This document shows positions 1-12,782 of a DNA stretch of 64,000 bases, one piece after another. The notes beneath the pieces were generated by a model. The model was not told the origin of the DNA. It saw nothing but the letters and a program-made list of their open reading frames with translations, and ran no database searches. Every line of letters begins with the position of its first letter. The stretch's first letter is position 1. This DNA comes from Piromyces finnis finn (Eukaryota > Fungi > Neocallimastigomycota), in assembly GCA_002104945.1 (NCBI GenBank), contig MCFH01000012.1, forward strand, positions 806,001-870,000. Direction: 5' to 3'. The position numbers were made by a program, and so were the translations under genes.

Positions 1-1179
1 AATTATCAATGAAAATATTAAATAATATAAAAATTAAAAAAAAAAAGGAAAATGCTTTAATGATTATAGTTACTATGAAAGATAGAATGCAAATATACAC
101 AGAATCACATGGTAATGCTAAAAAAGATATAATGAAATTTACAAATGAAGTAGCTGATTCTTTAGGTTTTGAATTTACAGCAGAGTATACATCTGTTTTA
201 TTTTTAGCTGTAAATAGTAGTGAAGTGTTAATGGTTTTCTTAGATGAGGTATGATATATTAATAAATATTTCTTTATAAAAAAAAAATTAAATAAATTAA
301 TCTTTTTTTTTTTTTTGATATTTAAATGATATCATATTAATCTGTTATACAAAATACATCTCTTTTTTCTATTATAGTTATTCTTTTCAATTATTTCTGT
401 TCTGTGTTTATTAATGGTTATTCTTATCTATTCCTTATTAATGACGGATGTTGAAGAAAAAACATTTGAATATGGTATGCTTAGATCATTAGGTTTACAT
501 CATAGTGTCTTAATTATTATTTTATTCTTCCAGGTAAAATAATTTACCTATTTTTTTTTGTTGTTTTTAATTAAAAATATAAAAAAAAAAAACATTTTTT
601 TTTATATTTTCAATGTATCAATTTGTATGTATTATTGCTAATATCATAATTTTAATTTTATTATATAACATGATAGTCTTTATTCTTTTCAATACCAGGT
701 ATTATTCTTGGTGTATTCTTCTGTAAAATCATATATATTCCAGTGGATTATATTATCTCTCAATATGCTGAAACATCAATCAATGTATCCATTACACCAT
801 CAGCCTTAATTCTTGGTATTAGTATTGGTTTCTTTATCCCTGTGTTTGGTATTGTTGGTCTTGTCAAGAGAGCCTTAACCAAAACATTAAGGGATGCTTT
901 GGATATATATCATCATGTTGTGTCAGAAGCTCAAGTTAAAATTCAAAAATTAGAAGATATTGGTATGTCATTATCAGAAATGGCTATTTCAATTATTATG
1001 GTAGCCATTGGTTTTAGTGTATACTATGGTATTCCAACAGCCTATGTCTCACAAAACTTTTCTTTATTCTTCCGATTCCTGACTCTTTTATTATTAAGTA
1101 AGCTTTTTAATTTAATTTTTCATTATAAATTTAAATTATTATTTCTTATCGTACTACTACTACTACTACTAATAGTAAA

Positions 1180-1210
<31 letters not shown>

Positions 1211-3315
1211 TTATTTTTTTTTTATTTTTATTAAATTTTAGTTATGATTCTTGGTGAAACGTTATTAGGACAAGTAATTAATAATATTCTCGAAAAAATT
1301 TGTGTCTCCCTAGTCATCTGGGGATCCAATAAAAAACTAAAAATTATTGTAAAAAAGAATTTGGAAAATCACTTCAGTAGAAATAGTAAAACATCGGTAA
1401 TGTTTTCACTTTGTTTAGCCTATATTATTTTTGCTGCTGCACTTTTTGCATTAATGGGAGGTTCCTTATCAAGACAAATAGAATGGTCAACAGGTGCTGA
1501 TATTTCAATTTATGCAAACGATTTTCAATATCCTCTACCAGAAGAACAAATAAGAAATATTCTTGAAAAGAAATTGTTTATGGAAGATGATGAAAATCTT
1601 ATTGAGGAATATACCTTTGTTACCTTCCCTCTTTCGAATTATGATGCTATTGTAAGTACTGTCATGTGTCCTGTATCCGGTATTACTTCTAAAGGTGTAC
1701 AAATTTACGGAATAGAACCAAACATTTTAAAAACATTACGTACGGATTATTATATGGTAGAAAATTATGATTATAACTATGTTATTGATAATGATCCTAT
1801 CGCCTCCTTAAACCAAACCATTGATCCTCAAAAAGATTATACGCAATATATACCAGAATTATTTGAATCTATTAATAATGGTAAGGTGACAACAAAGAGT
1901 AAAATTTATTATTATTATCCTTTAAATGCCACTCGAACCTATACTAAAGGTTATCCCATGTTAATTGGTAAGAATTATATCACGGACACCTATTCAGAAT
2001 TAGATGAATGGACCCCCTTAGTTATTGATGGTTATGATAATGATATTTCAGAAGTATATTTAATGAAACCAATTTCTGTATTAAATAAGTTCCCTGGTTT
2101 TACAGGTATATCTAATAGTGCATTAAGTAGTGATTATATAGCCTTTATATCCATGGATCATTACAAAGAATTTATCAATAGAACTTATGAATATCTCTAT
2201 GAAGCCTATCCTGCAGCAAAAAATATTAAACGGTATAAAATTCCTGATCTTGCCTATAAGCGTTATTTATTTATAAAAGTATCGGATAAAGCAACAGACT
2301 TCCAAATTGAAGATATTATTAATAATATTTTAAGATATATTGATGATTCCACTAAATATACCGTTAGTAATTTACGTCATTCTGTAAAATCTACTAATAC
2401 CATTGCTGAATTATTAAATAAAATATTTTACTTTAGTAAGTTGATCTTTTTTCATACATCTCTTTTTTTTCCAATATACACAATATACATATAGATAATA
2501 TTTATAATATATAGTACATTTACTATTATAGTTATATTTAATTTAAATCCACGTATAAATTATTTCTAATATTTTCCATTTTACCATTTATATATAATAT
2601 TTAAAAATTTAAAAATTAATTTTTTTCTTTTTTTTCAATATTTAGTCGCTTTCCTCGGAATATTTATGTGCTCATTTATGTGTTACTTATCTTTTACTGC
2701 TAATCTTAAAGAAAATTCATGGGAATTTGGTATTTTACGTTCTATTGGTTTATCGGTAATTTTATTCAACTGTATTAATACATTCCTCCAAATAAATATA
2801 TAAAAAAATATATTATTAACAAAAAAAAAAAAAAAAATATTTACTATTAATTATTTATAGGCAATTGAAGTCATTAATGTATATATCTATGAAGCCATAT
2901 GTATTATTCTTGCTTGTGTAGTTGTTGGAACAATTATTGGTAATTATTAAATTATAATTATATTCAAATAAATTTAGTAAAATCAATAAAATCAAAAAAA
3001 AAAAAAAAAAAAAAAAAAATCTAATTATCATAAAAAAGATTACTTTATAATTTTTAACAATAATAATAATTTTATATATAAAATAAATGTTTATTTTTTT
3101 TTTTTTCATATTATTCCATAATAGGTGTATGTTCTGCTACTATTCTCACAATGCAATTTAATCTCTTTATGCAATTACCATTCACATTATCATTCCCATT
3201 CTATATGTTCTTTGAAATGGTATTCTTATCCTTAATTGTTGCTATTATTGGTTCATATGTTCCTGGTAAACATTATGCTGAAAAACCAATTAATATCGTT
3301 ATTAAAGGAAAATAA
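1..3315 (+). CDS. Twin FtsX/MacB-like (type VII ABC-type) permease, multi-exon, 5' end outside window
   Basis: Phase-consistent GT-AG exons: <1-248, 378-533, 677-1097, 1242-2435, 2646-2755, 2861-2939, 3125-3315 (stop TAA). Two copies of the FtsX-domain signature (EEKTFEYGMLRSLG and KENSWEFGILRSIG), each followed by TM helices, plus a large extracytoplasmic loop (STGADISI...). Confidence 0.8.
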
Positions 3316-4180
3316 TAGATTCTGATAAAAAAAAAAACTCCAAAAAAACAAAAATATATATATAAATAATCTTTATATAAATTAGATAACATTTTTGATA
3401 CTTTTTTTTTTTCTTTATTAAATATATAGTTTTTTTTTTTTTATTCTTATTTTATAATTTCATAAAATCTTTACTCTAAGTTTAAATATATATATATATA
3501 TTTTTTTTTTTTTTGAATTACAATTACTATATATTATAACATAAAAACATAATAAAAATAGAATCAATTTTGAAATTTTGTATCTATTTCTTTTTCATCA
3601 AACTTTATATAACTTTTTTTTTTTGTTTGTTTTCTTATTTTCTTATTACACAAATAGATATAAACACTCAATAATTAAAAAAAAAAAAAAAGTAATTAAA
3701 TAAAAATAAAATATATATAATAATAATTTTTTTATTATTGTTTTATTATTTCTTCTATATTATAATATTGTTTTTTTTTAAAAAAAAAAAAAAAGATTTT
3801 TAATTACATTTATTATTGTTATTATTATTATTATTATTGTTGTTGTTGTTGTTGTTATATTAAAATTGCTTTTACATCTCAATATAATAGTTTACATTTT
3901 TCGTAACTATTATACTTTTCTTTATATTTATAATTTTTGTATTTTAATGTTGAAATGAATTTTGCTTTAGGTATTATCTATATTTATTTTGCTATTAAAT
4001 TTGTATATATATATATATTTTTTTTATAAAATTCATACATTTTATAAAAAGCTTTTTTTTTTTTTTTTAATTATAAGCATTTTTACGTTTTTATATTTTC
4101 TTTTTAAAAAATAAGGGTAAAAAAAAAAAACGTTTTATTTTAATAAATATTCTATGAAAGAAAGAATGAAAAAAATATTT

Positions 4181-5318
4181 TTAATACATTGGACCAATGT
4201 TGTCAAAGTATCTCTTAATTCTATCCTTTACTAAAAATCCAATAGTTTCAATTTGTTCTTCCTTATTTAAATCAGTGGTATTGATGGTGAGAGCTCTCTT
4301 TATTGGGGTAGTTAATTCTTTAAATTTAGTTTCATTTTCCTTTAACTCATTACTAATTTGTTCCTTGGTTTTTTTACCGTTTAATTCTTTGAAACGACGT
4401 TCAACACGAACATTGAAATCTGCCTTTAAATTGAAAATTAAATGAGCATCATCAAAAACGTTCTTTCCAGCAGCTCTACCTTCTAAAAGAGTACAGTAAA
4501 TTTTTGGACTTTTATTTTTAACATCTTCACCTTCCTTTTCTAATTCCTTTCTCATTCTTTCTTCGTTAATATATACAAGTCTTCTTTGTTTGTTTTTCAT
4601 AGCTTCAGTAATTTCTGGAATAGAAAGTGCATTTAAAACATCTTTATCTGGAATTTCACAATCATTAATTTGTTTGGTGACATCCTTGTCATCCATTAAA
4701 ACTTTGTAGGAATCGTCATCTTTTTCATAAATGAAATCAAATTCGGTATTTTTAGCTAATTCACTAATTTTTACAGCATTAGCTGGTGAAACTTCAAGAT
4801 TATTGTATCTACATTTTAAAAGTAACTATAACAATTACATAATACAAATCCAATATTTTTATTATTATTATTATTTAAAGTAGTATATATATATATATAA
4901 ACGTAGTAAGTACAAATTTTTTTTTTTTTTACAATTTAAAAAAAATATTAATGAAATAATTAATATTGACGTTAATAACATTAATTCATTCAATAAAACT
5001 TTTCAAAATAAAAATTTATATATTATTTAAAAGAAAATATAAAGTATATATATATATATAACCTACAGCTCTGTAAATAGCTTGAGAATCAACCCAATTA
5101 AAACCAAGTTTTTTGGAAACACCCTTTGAAATTTCAGATTTACCAGTAGCAGCTGGACCATCAATAACAAAACTAAGTTGGTGAACTGGTGGTAATCTTT
5201 CAGTCTTTGATAAGTAACTCTTTAAAGCAACTAAGCTAACAGTATTTAAATTAAATAATGGATGGAGAGCTAATCTTTGATTTAAAAGAGAAGAAGTGGA
5301 AGATAATAAAGAATTCAT
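4181..5318 (-). CDS. cmk: Bacterial-type cytidylate kinase (Cmk)-fold protein with N-terminal presequence-like extension
   Basis: Exons 5318-5067 and 4825-4181 (donor GTAGGT, acceptor TATAG, phase 0) give ...VIDGPAATGKSEISKGVSKKLGFNWVDSQAIYRA|LLLKC... The P-loop, DS-x-AIYR, QR, EGR..G..VF, RVERR and INTT motifs are colinear with Cmk. The symbol denotes the fold; activity is doubtful (see findings). Confidence 0.8.
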
Positions 5319-5813
5319 TTTTAAATATTATATTGTTATTACTATTCTTTTTTAAGATTGAGTTTATTTCTATATATAGTATTAAAAAATATATATATTA
5401 AAACTATTGATGTTTTATTAATCTTTGCTTTTTTTTTTTTTTTTTGAAAATGAAAAAAACGAAAAAAAAAAAAACGAAAATAACGAAAATTTAATTTATA
5501 ATATATTAAAATTCAATTAAATTTTGATTTTCAATATATTTTTATATATGATCCAATATATTAATTTTAAAATGTTTTTTTCCCTTCATTTGTGGAAGAC
5601 TTTTTTTCTTTTATTTCTTTAAAAAGAATTGTCACTTTTTATTCTTTAAATGTTAAAAGAAAAAAGTATGTTTTATATCTTTTTGCGATTAGAATTAAAA
5701 TTTCATTTTATATTTCATCTTTATATTCATTCCCATTATAATTTATTATTTTTTTCATTAAAAAACTTTTATTTTTTGACACTTAATGTGACAATGTAAC
5801 TGGGAAAAACGAC

Positions 5814-5844
<31 letters not shown>

Positions 5845-7539
5845 TGTTATTTTAATAATGAAAAACAAAAAAAACATAAAATTAAAACATTCCTTATTGT
5901 ATATGTAAAGGAAATAAAAAAAAGTACTTAATATTTAATAAAGAAAAAATGATATTAAAAAAAAAAAAGGTTTTTTAAACTTGATTCTGGTTTTAACTTC
6001 TTTTTATATTTTTTTTTAGCATTTTATATATAATCTTCCTTTCAATAAGTTTAGTTTTCTTATAATTCTCACATTACAACTCTTCACAATTCAATAGTAA
6101 TAAAAAGTTGTTGTTTTTTTTAATCAAAGATTAATAAAAATTATAAAAATCTTAAATAAGTGGAAAAATTGATAGAATTCTTTTTTATAAAAAAAAAAAA
6201 AAGGAATTGATAATAATAAAAATAAAATAGAATGAAAGGAAATGAAATGTAATAAAAGGAAAATGTAATCAAAGGAAATGAAAGGAAAGGAAATAGAAAA
6301 ATAGTTTACAAGGAAATTCAAATAACTAGTATCCTTTTATACTTTTATTTATGGGTTTTATTATAAAATAAAGATGTAGAGTATATTATAAAAGAAATAA
6401 AAAAAAAATACTAATAATATAAATTATAATGTTAAAAAACCGTTTTAAAATAGATTGTCAAAGTATTTTTGGAATATAACTTTTTTTTTAAAAAAAAAAA
6501 AAAAAAATATTCATTGTATCCCATAAAAAATAAGAAATAAGAATGATAACTATAGATACGAAAAAAAAAAAAATAACTTTATATAAAAATATTTAATAAA
6601 AACTTTATTATTATTAATCTATTTATACAAAATATTAATATAGATCTATAAAAGTTAACTTTAATTATTTATATAATTATTTTTTTTAATAGCATCATCA
6701 TTATATGTAAAAGATATTAAAAATAGTTAGGTATATTAAAGGTTTTATATACATAACTATTATACATACTATCTTTTTTTCCATTTCCTCTCTTTTCTTT
6801 CTTTCTTCATCTATTTATATATAATAGATATTTTATAATTCTATTATTATATCATTTATATAATAAAATATATATATATATATTTTATAAATCCTTTTTT
6901 CTATTTTTATTATTTAAAGTTTAAACTCGAAAAAGGAGATTACATTAAAGGTTTTTTTTTTTTATATGAATGTATTGTATCCATCGAAATAGATAAATGA
7001 ACTTTAAATAATATTACTTTATAGGATTTAAAATATCAAAAAATAAAAAAAAAAAAAAGTATTTTTATAATAATAAAAATAAATATTTCAATTTAGAATT
7101 AATTATTTAAATAAATATATATTTGTGTTGGTGAATATTGATTTAATATTATAGTTTTTACATTTTCTAATTATTAGAATTTTAATTATTATTATTATTT
7201 TATCTTTTCCATTATTCATCCCTTTATTATTATGAACAAATTTATATTATTCTTTTTATTTTTTTATTTTTTTATTTTTTTTTTAATTTTTGATCTCTTT
7301 TATACATCATAATCTTAGTATTCATCGATAATAATTATTATTCCTTTTTTAATAGAAAAAAGAAAACTTTGATTAAAAGGTAAAATATCAAAAAAACTGA
7401 TTCAGGAATTCTAAAATATAAAAAATGATGTTAGTAAAAATAATGACTTTAATATGCCTTTTTTTTTTTTATTATTATCTAGTTTTATAATAAAAAAATT
7501 AGATTATTGTTTTAAAAAGTTGAAAATTGTATTAATAAA

Positions 7540-8472
7540 ATGTCTTTTTTATACAAGCCATGGACTTCTGAATATCAGGTTTAATATCAAAAAAAAAAAA
7601 AAATTTTTATATAGAATATTTCAAAACACCAAATTATTATTATATAGATATGAATTTGGATTAATTAGTTAAATATAAAAGAAATCTTTAATCATGATCA
7701 TGTTTTATATTTTTCTTTTATTCCTTATTATTATGATTTTTAACTAATTGAAATTAAAAAAAAAAAAAAAAAATTTTTTTAAAACTTTTTTATTTCTTTT
7801 TGTAAATGATAGAGTCAATACACATGGAAATTAAGAAATCAATTTCGAAAACCACAAGATATATTGGAAAAACATCTTGAAGAATTAAAACAATTACAAG
7901 ATGAAAATTTCAAAAAACTATCATCCTTAGAAGAAACCTTAAAAAATAAATTTATACCAGAAGATGATGAATTATATATTACAGAGAAAAAAATTAAAAA
8001 AGAAGAAAGTTTAGTCTTACCAAAACTTTCTGATAGTGGAAATAATATTACTAAAGCTGAAAATGTTGAACTTCCACCAATAAAAAGACCTTCATCTGCA
8101 TCATCAAATAAAGGTTCAAAAGCAGGAGATGTTGGTGTAAAGGAAGAAGTAAAACATAAAGAAATTAATGAACAAATAAATGCTTTAATTAGTCATTATA
8201 GAGGAGATGGATATGGAAATAAACCATTTATTGGAAATAAACCAACTTCCTTTGAATATGAAAAGATGAAAAAAATTCCAACTTCAAAAACAACAATTAA
8301 GGTATGAAAAAGAAAAAAAATATATTATAAATTCTTTTTTATTTTTTTTTTTTTTTTTTTCTAGATAAACCGATTCAAAATATATATATAAATATACACT
8401 TGGCATTACATTTTGATTTATGTATAAAGCAAATATATATATAAAGAAAAAAAAATAATATTAAATACTTTA

Positions 8473-8530
<58 letters not shown>

Positions 8531-8611
8531 AAAAAATACGAAATATTCATTAAAAAGTAATTATTAAATTAATATTTTTTTTTCCCTTTCTTTATTCTTT
8601 ATATATATATA

Positions 8612-8642
<31 letters not shown>

Positions 8643-9158
8643 AATTTCGATGAAAACTTAAAAGAAAAACGTGCTAAAATATATGATGCTTATAGAAAAG
8701 AAATTGATTTAAGAAGACTAAAACATTTATTCCCCTACGTTAACTTTGATGAGCTTAACTATAATGCTCAAACTCAAACTTATGATGATGGTATTATTAG
8801 TGGTACCTACCTTTCAGAATATGGTTCTCAATATGTTAATTGGAATCATCCACCTTTCCCATATTCTAGACGTTTTGATAGATGTGCCAAAAAAATTGCT
8901 GAAAAATACGAAAATAATGTTGGTACTTCCACTTTAGAAGATAAAGAAAATAATATTATTAGTAATTCAATTACTTCCTTATCAAAAAATATTGATAAAT
9001 TAGGTTTAAATGATGAAGATTTAGAAATATGTGAAAAATGTAATGGTTATTTTATTAAGAGAGACAATGGTAAAGTTAAAAGTGACGTTTCAGTTAAATC
9101 TTCCACTACCACGAATACCGAAAAAATTGTAAAGTTTGATAAACAACCACCAAAATAG
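7540..9158 (+). CDS. Uncharacterised ~347-aa protein with two SEYxxxYxW motifs (possible MDM1/MAP6-type microtubule-binding protein)
   Basis: Exons 7540-7578 (aaaATG; MSFLYKPWTSEYQ), 7813-8301 and 8643-9158, all phase 0, give one continuous ORF. Motifs TSEYQSQYTWK and LSEYGSQYVNW; N-terminal coiled coil. Confidence 0.6.
8477..8529. repeat. (TAT)n microsatellite
   Basis: Uninterrupted tat run in an intron. Confidence 0.9.
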
Positions 9159-9639
9159 ATAAAAAAATAATATATTTATAAATCTATATTAACAATCTCT
9201 TTTGTTCTTTTGTTTTTTTAGTATTTTTGTTTTTGTGTTTGTTTTTGTTTTTTTAATAATAAAAAATTATTGTCACAAATAGATTAGAATTATAGATTAT
9301 TATTATAATCTATATAAACTTTTAAGGAATTATCATTTATTTTTTTTTTTTATCCTTATTAAACATAATTATAAATAAATAATTAATTAAAAGAAAAAAA
9401 AATAGTAATAAATGAATAAATATAAACTTTTTTTTTTTTTTTTTTTATAAAGAAAAATACTAAATATAATATTTTTTTAATGAAAAGGTTTTTTTTTAAT
9501 GAAAAGGTTTTTTTTTTAAAAAAAAATATACTTTTCTTTATTTTTTTTTTTTTTATTTGATAAAAAGAAAAATATAAAAATTAATATCTCTATTGGTTTT
9601 AAAGTTAATTATAGTTCGAAAAAATTGAATAGTAACTAC

Positions 9640-9678
<39 letters not shown>

Positions 9679-9718
9679 TTAAAAGAAGATAATATATAAA
9701 AATTCTACATGAAATAAA

Positions 9719-10834
9719 TTAAGCGTCAAACCAACGATGACCACAATCCTTATTACAGCAAGCAAAGTACAATCTCATAGAAGTATCAGCACGTCTTGAA
9801 CGAGATTGGAAGTATACAGCTATTAAAATGGATTTGATTAATTATTTAAAAAAAAAAATAATAAAAAAATATTTTAGGAAAATGTCGTTAAATTAATATT
9901 TATATTATGTAAAAAAAAAAATAAATATTATATATATATTTAAATGAGAGTTTACCCTCTATTTATTAGCAATTATACAAATTTTGATATTTGAAATTCA
10001 TTTGATACATTTTATTTGGTATATATATATTAAGATTATTATATTGTTATCATTTTTTTTTTCATTTATATATATAAAAAAAAAAAAAATTTAAAATTAG
10101 TATTGTAAAATATTATATCTTTATTTCTTGTATTTATTAACTTTTTTTTTTTTTCTTCTTCTTTCCAAAATATAATTTGTTATTTACCTTCATGTCCACA
10201 TTTTGGACATGGATGATTATTATCACGAGGATAAGTTGGATCTGCACTAAGATCAGTAATTACCATAGTTTCTTCACTTTATATGGATAAAAAAATATAA
10301 TTAATTATTATATTGATATTGACCAAGGATTTAATAATTGTTGTGGATATTTAAAAATAAAAAATAGATTTTTTAATTTAAAAATAATTTGAAATTATTA
10401 TCATTAAAATTTCATTAATAATAAAAAAAGAGGAGATATAAAGAACTGAAATTTATATTTGTATATATATTATATTATTTTATTTTCCTAGTGTAATTGA
10501 ATTTTAAACAACTTTTTTTTTTAAAAAAAAAATAATTCTCTTTAACAATTTGATGATAGATATTTACATTGGAATATGTTGAACTTCATGTCTATATACA
10601 CATTGGTTATCAGCTTCTTCTTGGTGTTCACAATTTCTACAAGCGTATAATAATTGTTTGTTTAAAGGATCTTCTTTTGGATATAAAAGATTATTACTTT
10701 TGAATTTGATTTTAAAAAAAAAATTATTATATAATATATTCTTAATAATTGACCCAATAATAAAATATAAAGTATATATAATTGAAATTATTAATAATAT
10801 TATACCATTCAGCACAGAAATGAAATGAAGCCAT
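9719..10834 (-). CDS. RPB9: RNA polymerase II subunit RPB9
   Basis: Exons 10834-10806, 10696-10568, 10276-10188 and 9819-9719 total 348 nt (115 aa). Sequence reads [16 protein letters not shown]...[12 protein letters not shown]...DPTYPR...CPKCGHEAVYFQS...[15 protein letters not shown], with two zinc ribbons. Confidence 0.95.
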
Positions 10835-12782
10835 CAGATATAAATATATATATTATCTTTTTAATTCAAAATTTCTATTAAATATTATTTACAAATTTTT
10901 AAATGGATTGAATTGAAAAAAATAAAATGTTCTAAAAAGTTTGAAAAATAAAAAAAAAAATTTTTTTTATTTTATTTTATAATAAATTCTAAATTTAAAC
11001 TTTTCTAATATTAAAAATTTTTTTATTAAGTTGGCAATAAAAGAAAAGGAAAAAAAGTAGGGATTAAAAGAATATTAAAAGAATAGGTATATATATCAAA
11101 ACTATGGGATTTTGTTTTTTATTTTGTTTTTTTTCTTTTATAAATAATGTATATGTAATTGAAAAGTAAATGTTTTCTTCTTATCTTTAAAACTATATAT
11201 ATATATATATTCAGAACCTATAAATATATATAAATTATACCTCGATATCAAGGGTTTAAAACTTTATGTAAAACTATCATAAAGAAAAATGATAAAATAT
11301 TAAAAGGCTTTAAATATTTCCTTTCATGAATAGCTTATGGGAATAAACTTTCCATTATGATAATGTCTATACCTTGATTAAAAAATAATTTAAAAAAAAA
11401 AAGGTTTAAAATCAAATATAAAAAATGAAAATTTTTTAAAAATATATAAAAGCTTAGTAATGACTATTAAAAGAATAGAAATACTTTATAAATAACTCGA
11501 TATAATTTGATACGTTGACCTTTGTGTGTGAAAATTCTTTTTATTCCTTTAAATGGTTATTGTCCTTTCCTAATTGAAAGGACTAGTTGGAATGATTTTT
11601 TTTTTTTTTTTTTGTTAGAATAATCTAATATTTGAACTAGACAAATTGTAAAAAAGAATTTACTTATATTTAGTGACATTCCGTACTGTACAACAATTCA
11701 TCAAGGTTAAATCCAACATTAATGACACCCACTTTTGTTCTATGGACAAAAAATTTGGTCAAATTGAAATTGAATCCGTTAATTTTTTAAACAACATTTC
11801 CATCTAACGAATCCTCCTTTTTTTTTACTTTTAATAGTTGTCATCATAGAAAGAAACATCATTGTATAATAAAAAAAAAAAAAAAAAAAAAAAAAAAAGA
11901 ATTATCTCTTACATAGTTATTAGTTGAACATTAGCTATACTCTTTATCTAAAAAAAAAACGAAATTAAATATATATATTTAAAAAAAAAAAAAAAAAAAA
12001 CAGTTCTAAAACAATACACTTTAAACATACCAAAAATTATACACCTTCATTTTTAAAAAAAGTTTTTTTTTTTTTTTTGATTATTTTATTAAAATATGTC
12101 AATTTTATTAATATTTTTAAAAATTCTTACTTTCTTTATGGATTTAATATAGTAGGGTAAAGGATAGTTTTTTTTTTTTTCTTTTTTTTTTTTCTTTTAT
12201 ATATTATTATTGTGTATTAAATAATCCAGAAAAAAAAAAAAAAAGAGATAGGATAGGAATGTCAAAGAAAATAAGAAAAATTTAAAATTATTATAAAATT
12301 TTCTTCTTTCTATAAATAGTCTTTTTTTTTTTTATAATTATTTAATGATGAATTTTTTATACAAGATAAAAAAAAATGTTGATAATTATAATTGTCTTTA
12401 ATTTTTATGCTTTTGCCTATTATCCAATTTTATTAGATTTTCAAATATAATTGCTAATAGTTATATTTTTCGTTTTTTTTTTTTTTTTCATTTCATATTA
12501 TTTGCATTAGATAATTTGTAAAATTATCTTTTTTTTTTCTCTTATTTTACCTTTCTTTTTAGGTTTTTTTTTTATAAATTGTTTTCTTTAAATTTTCTTT
12601 TTGACTACTATTAATTATTAAATAAATTATTTATTAACGAATAGTACTTTTTTATATATTTTATGCATTATTATTTATGGTTTTTTGTCATTTTTTTCAA
12701 AAAACTTTTTAGGCTTTCAAATGATAATATTGAATTATTTTTTTTTTTTGATTTTCTTTGTCTTTTTGATGGTTTAATTAAT

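Noticed and set aside
2855-7672. Short ORFs rich in K/I/F/L/Y (2855-3109, 6124-6321, 7454-7672, and similar at 14524, 15432, 16411, 21989, 27175, 28294, 29292, 29712, 44926, 47467, 51491, 58453, 62020)
   Set aside because: They are translations of poly-A/T and TAT tracts or introns, with no domain motif or coding-like codon use.
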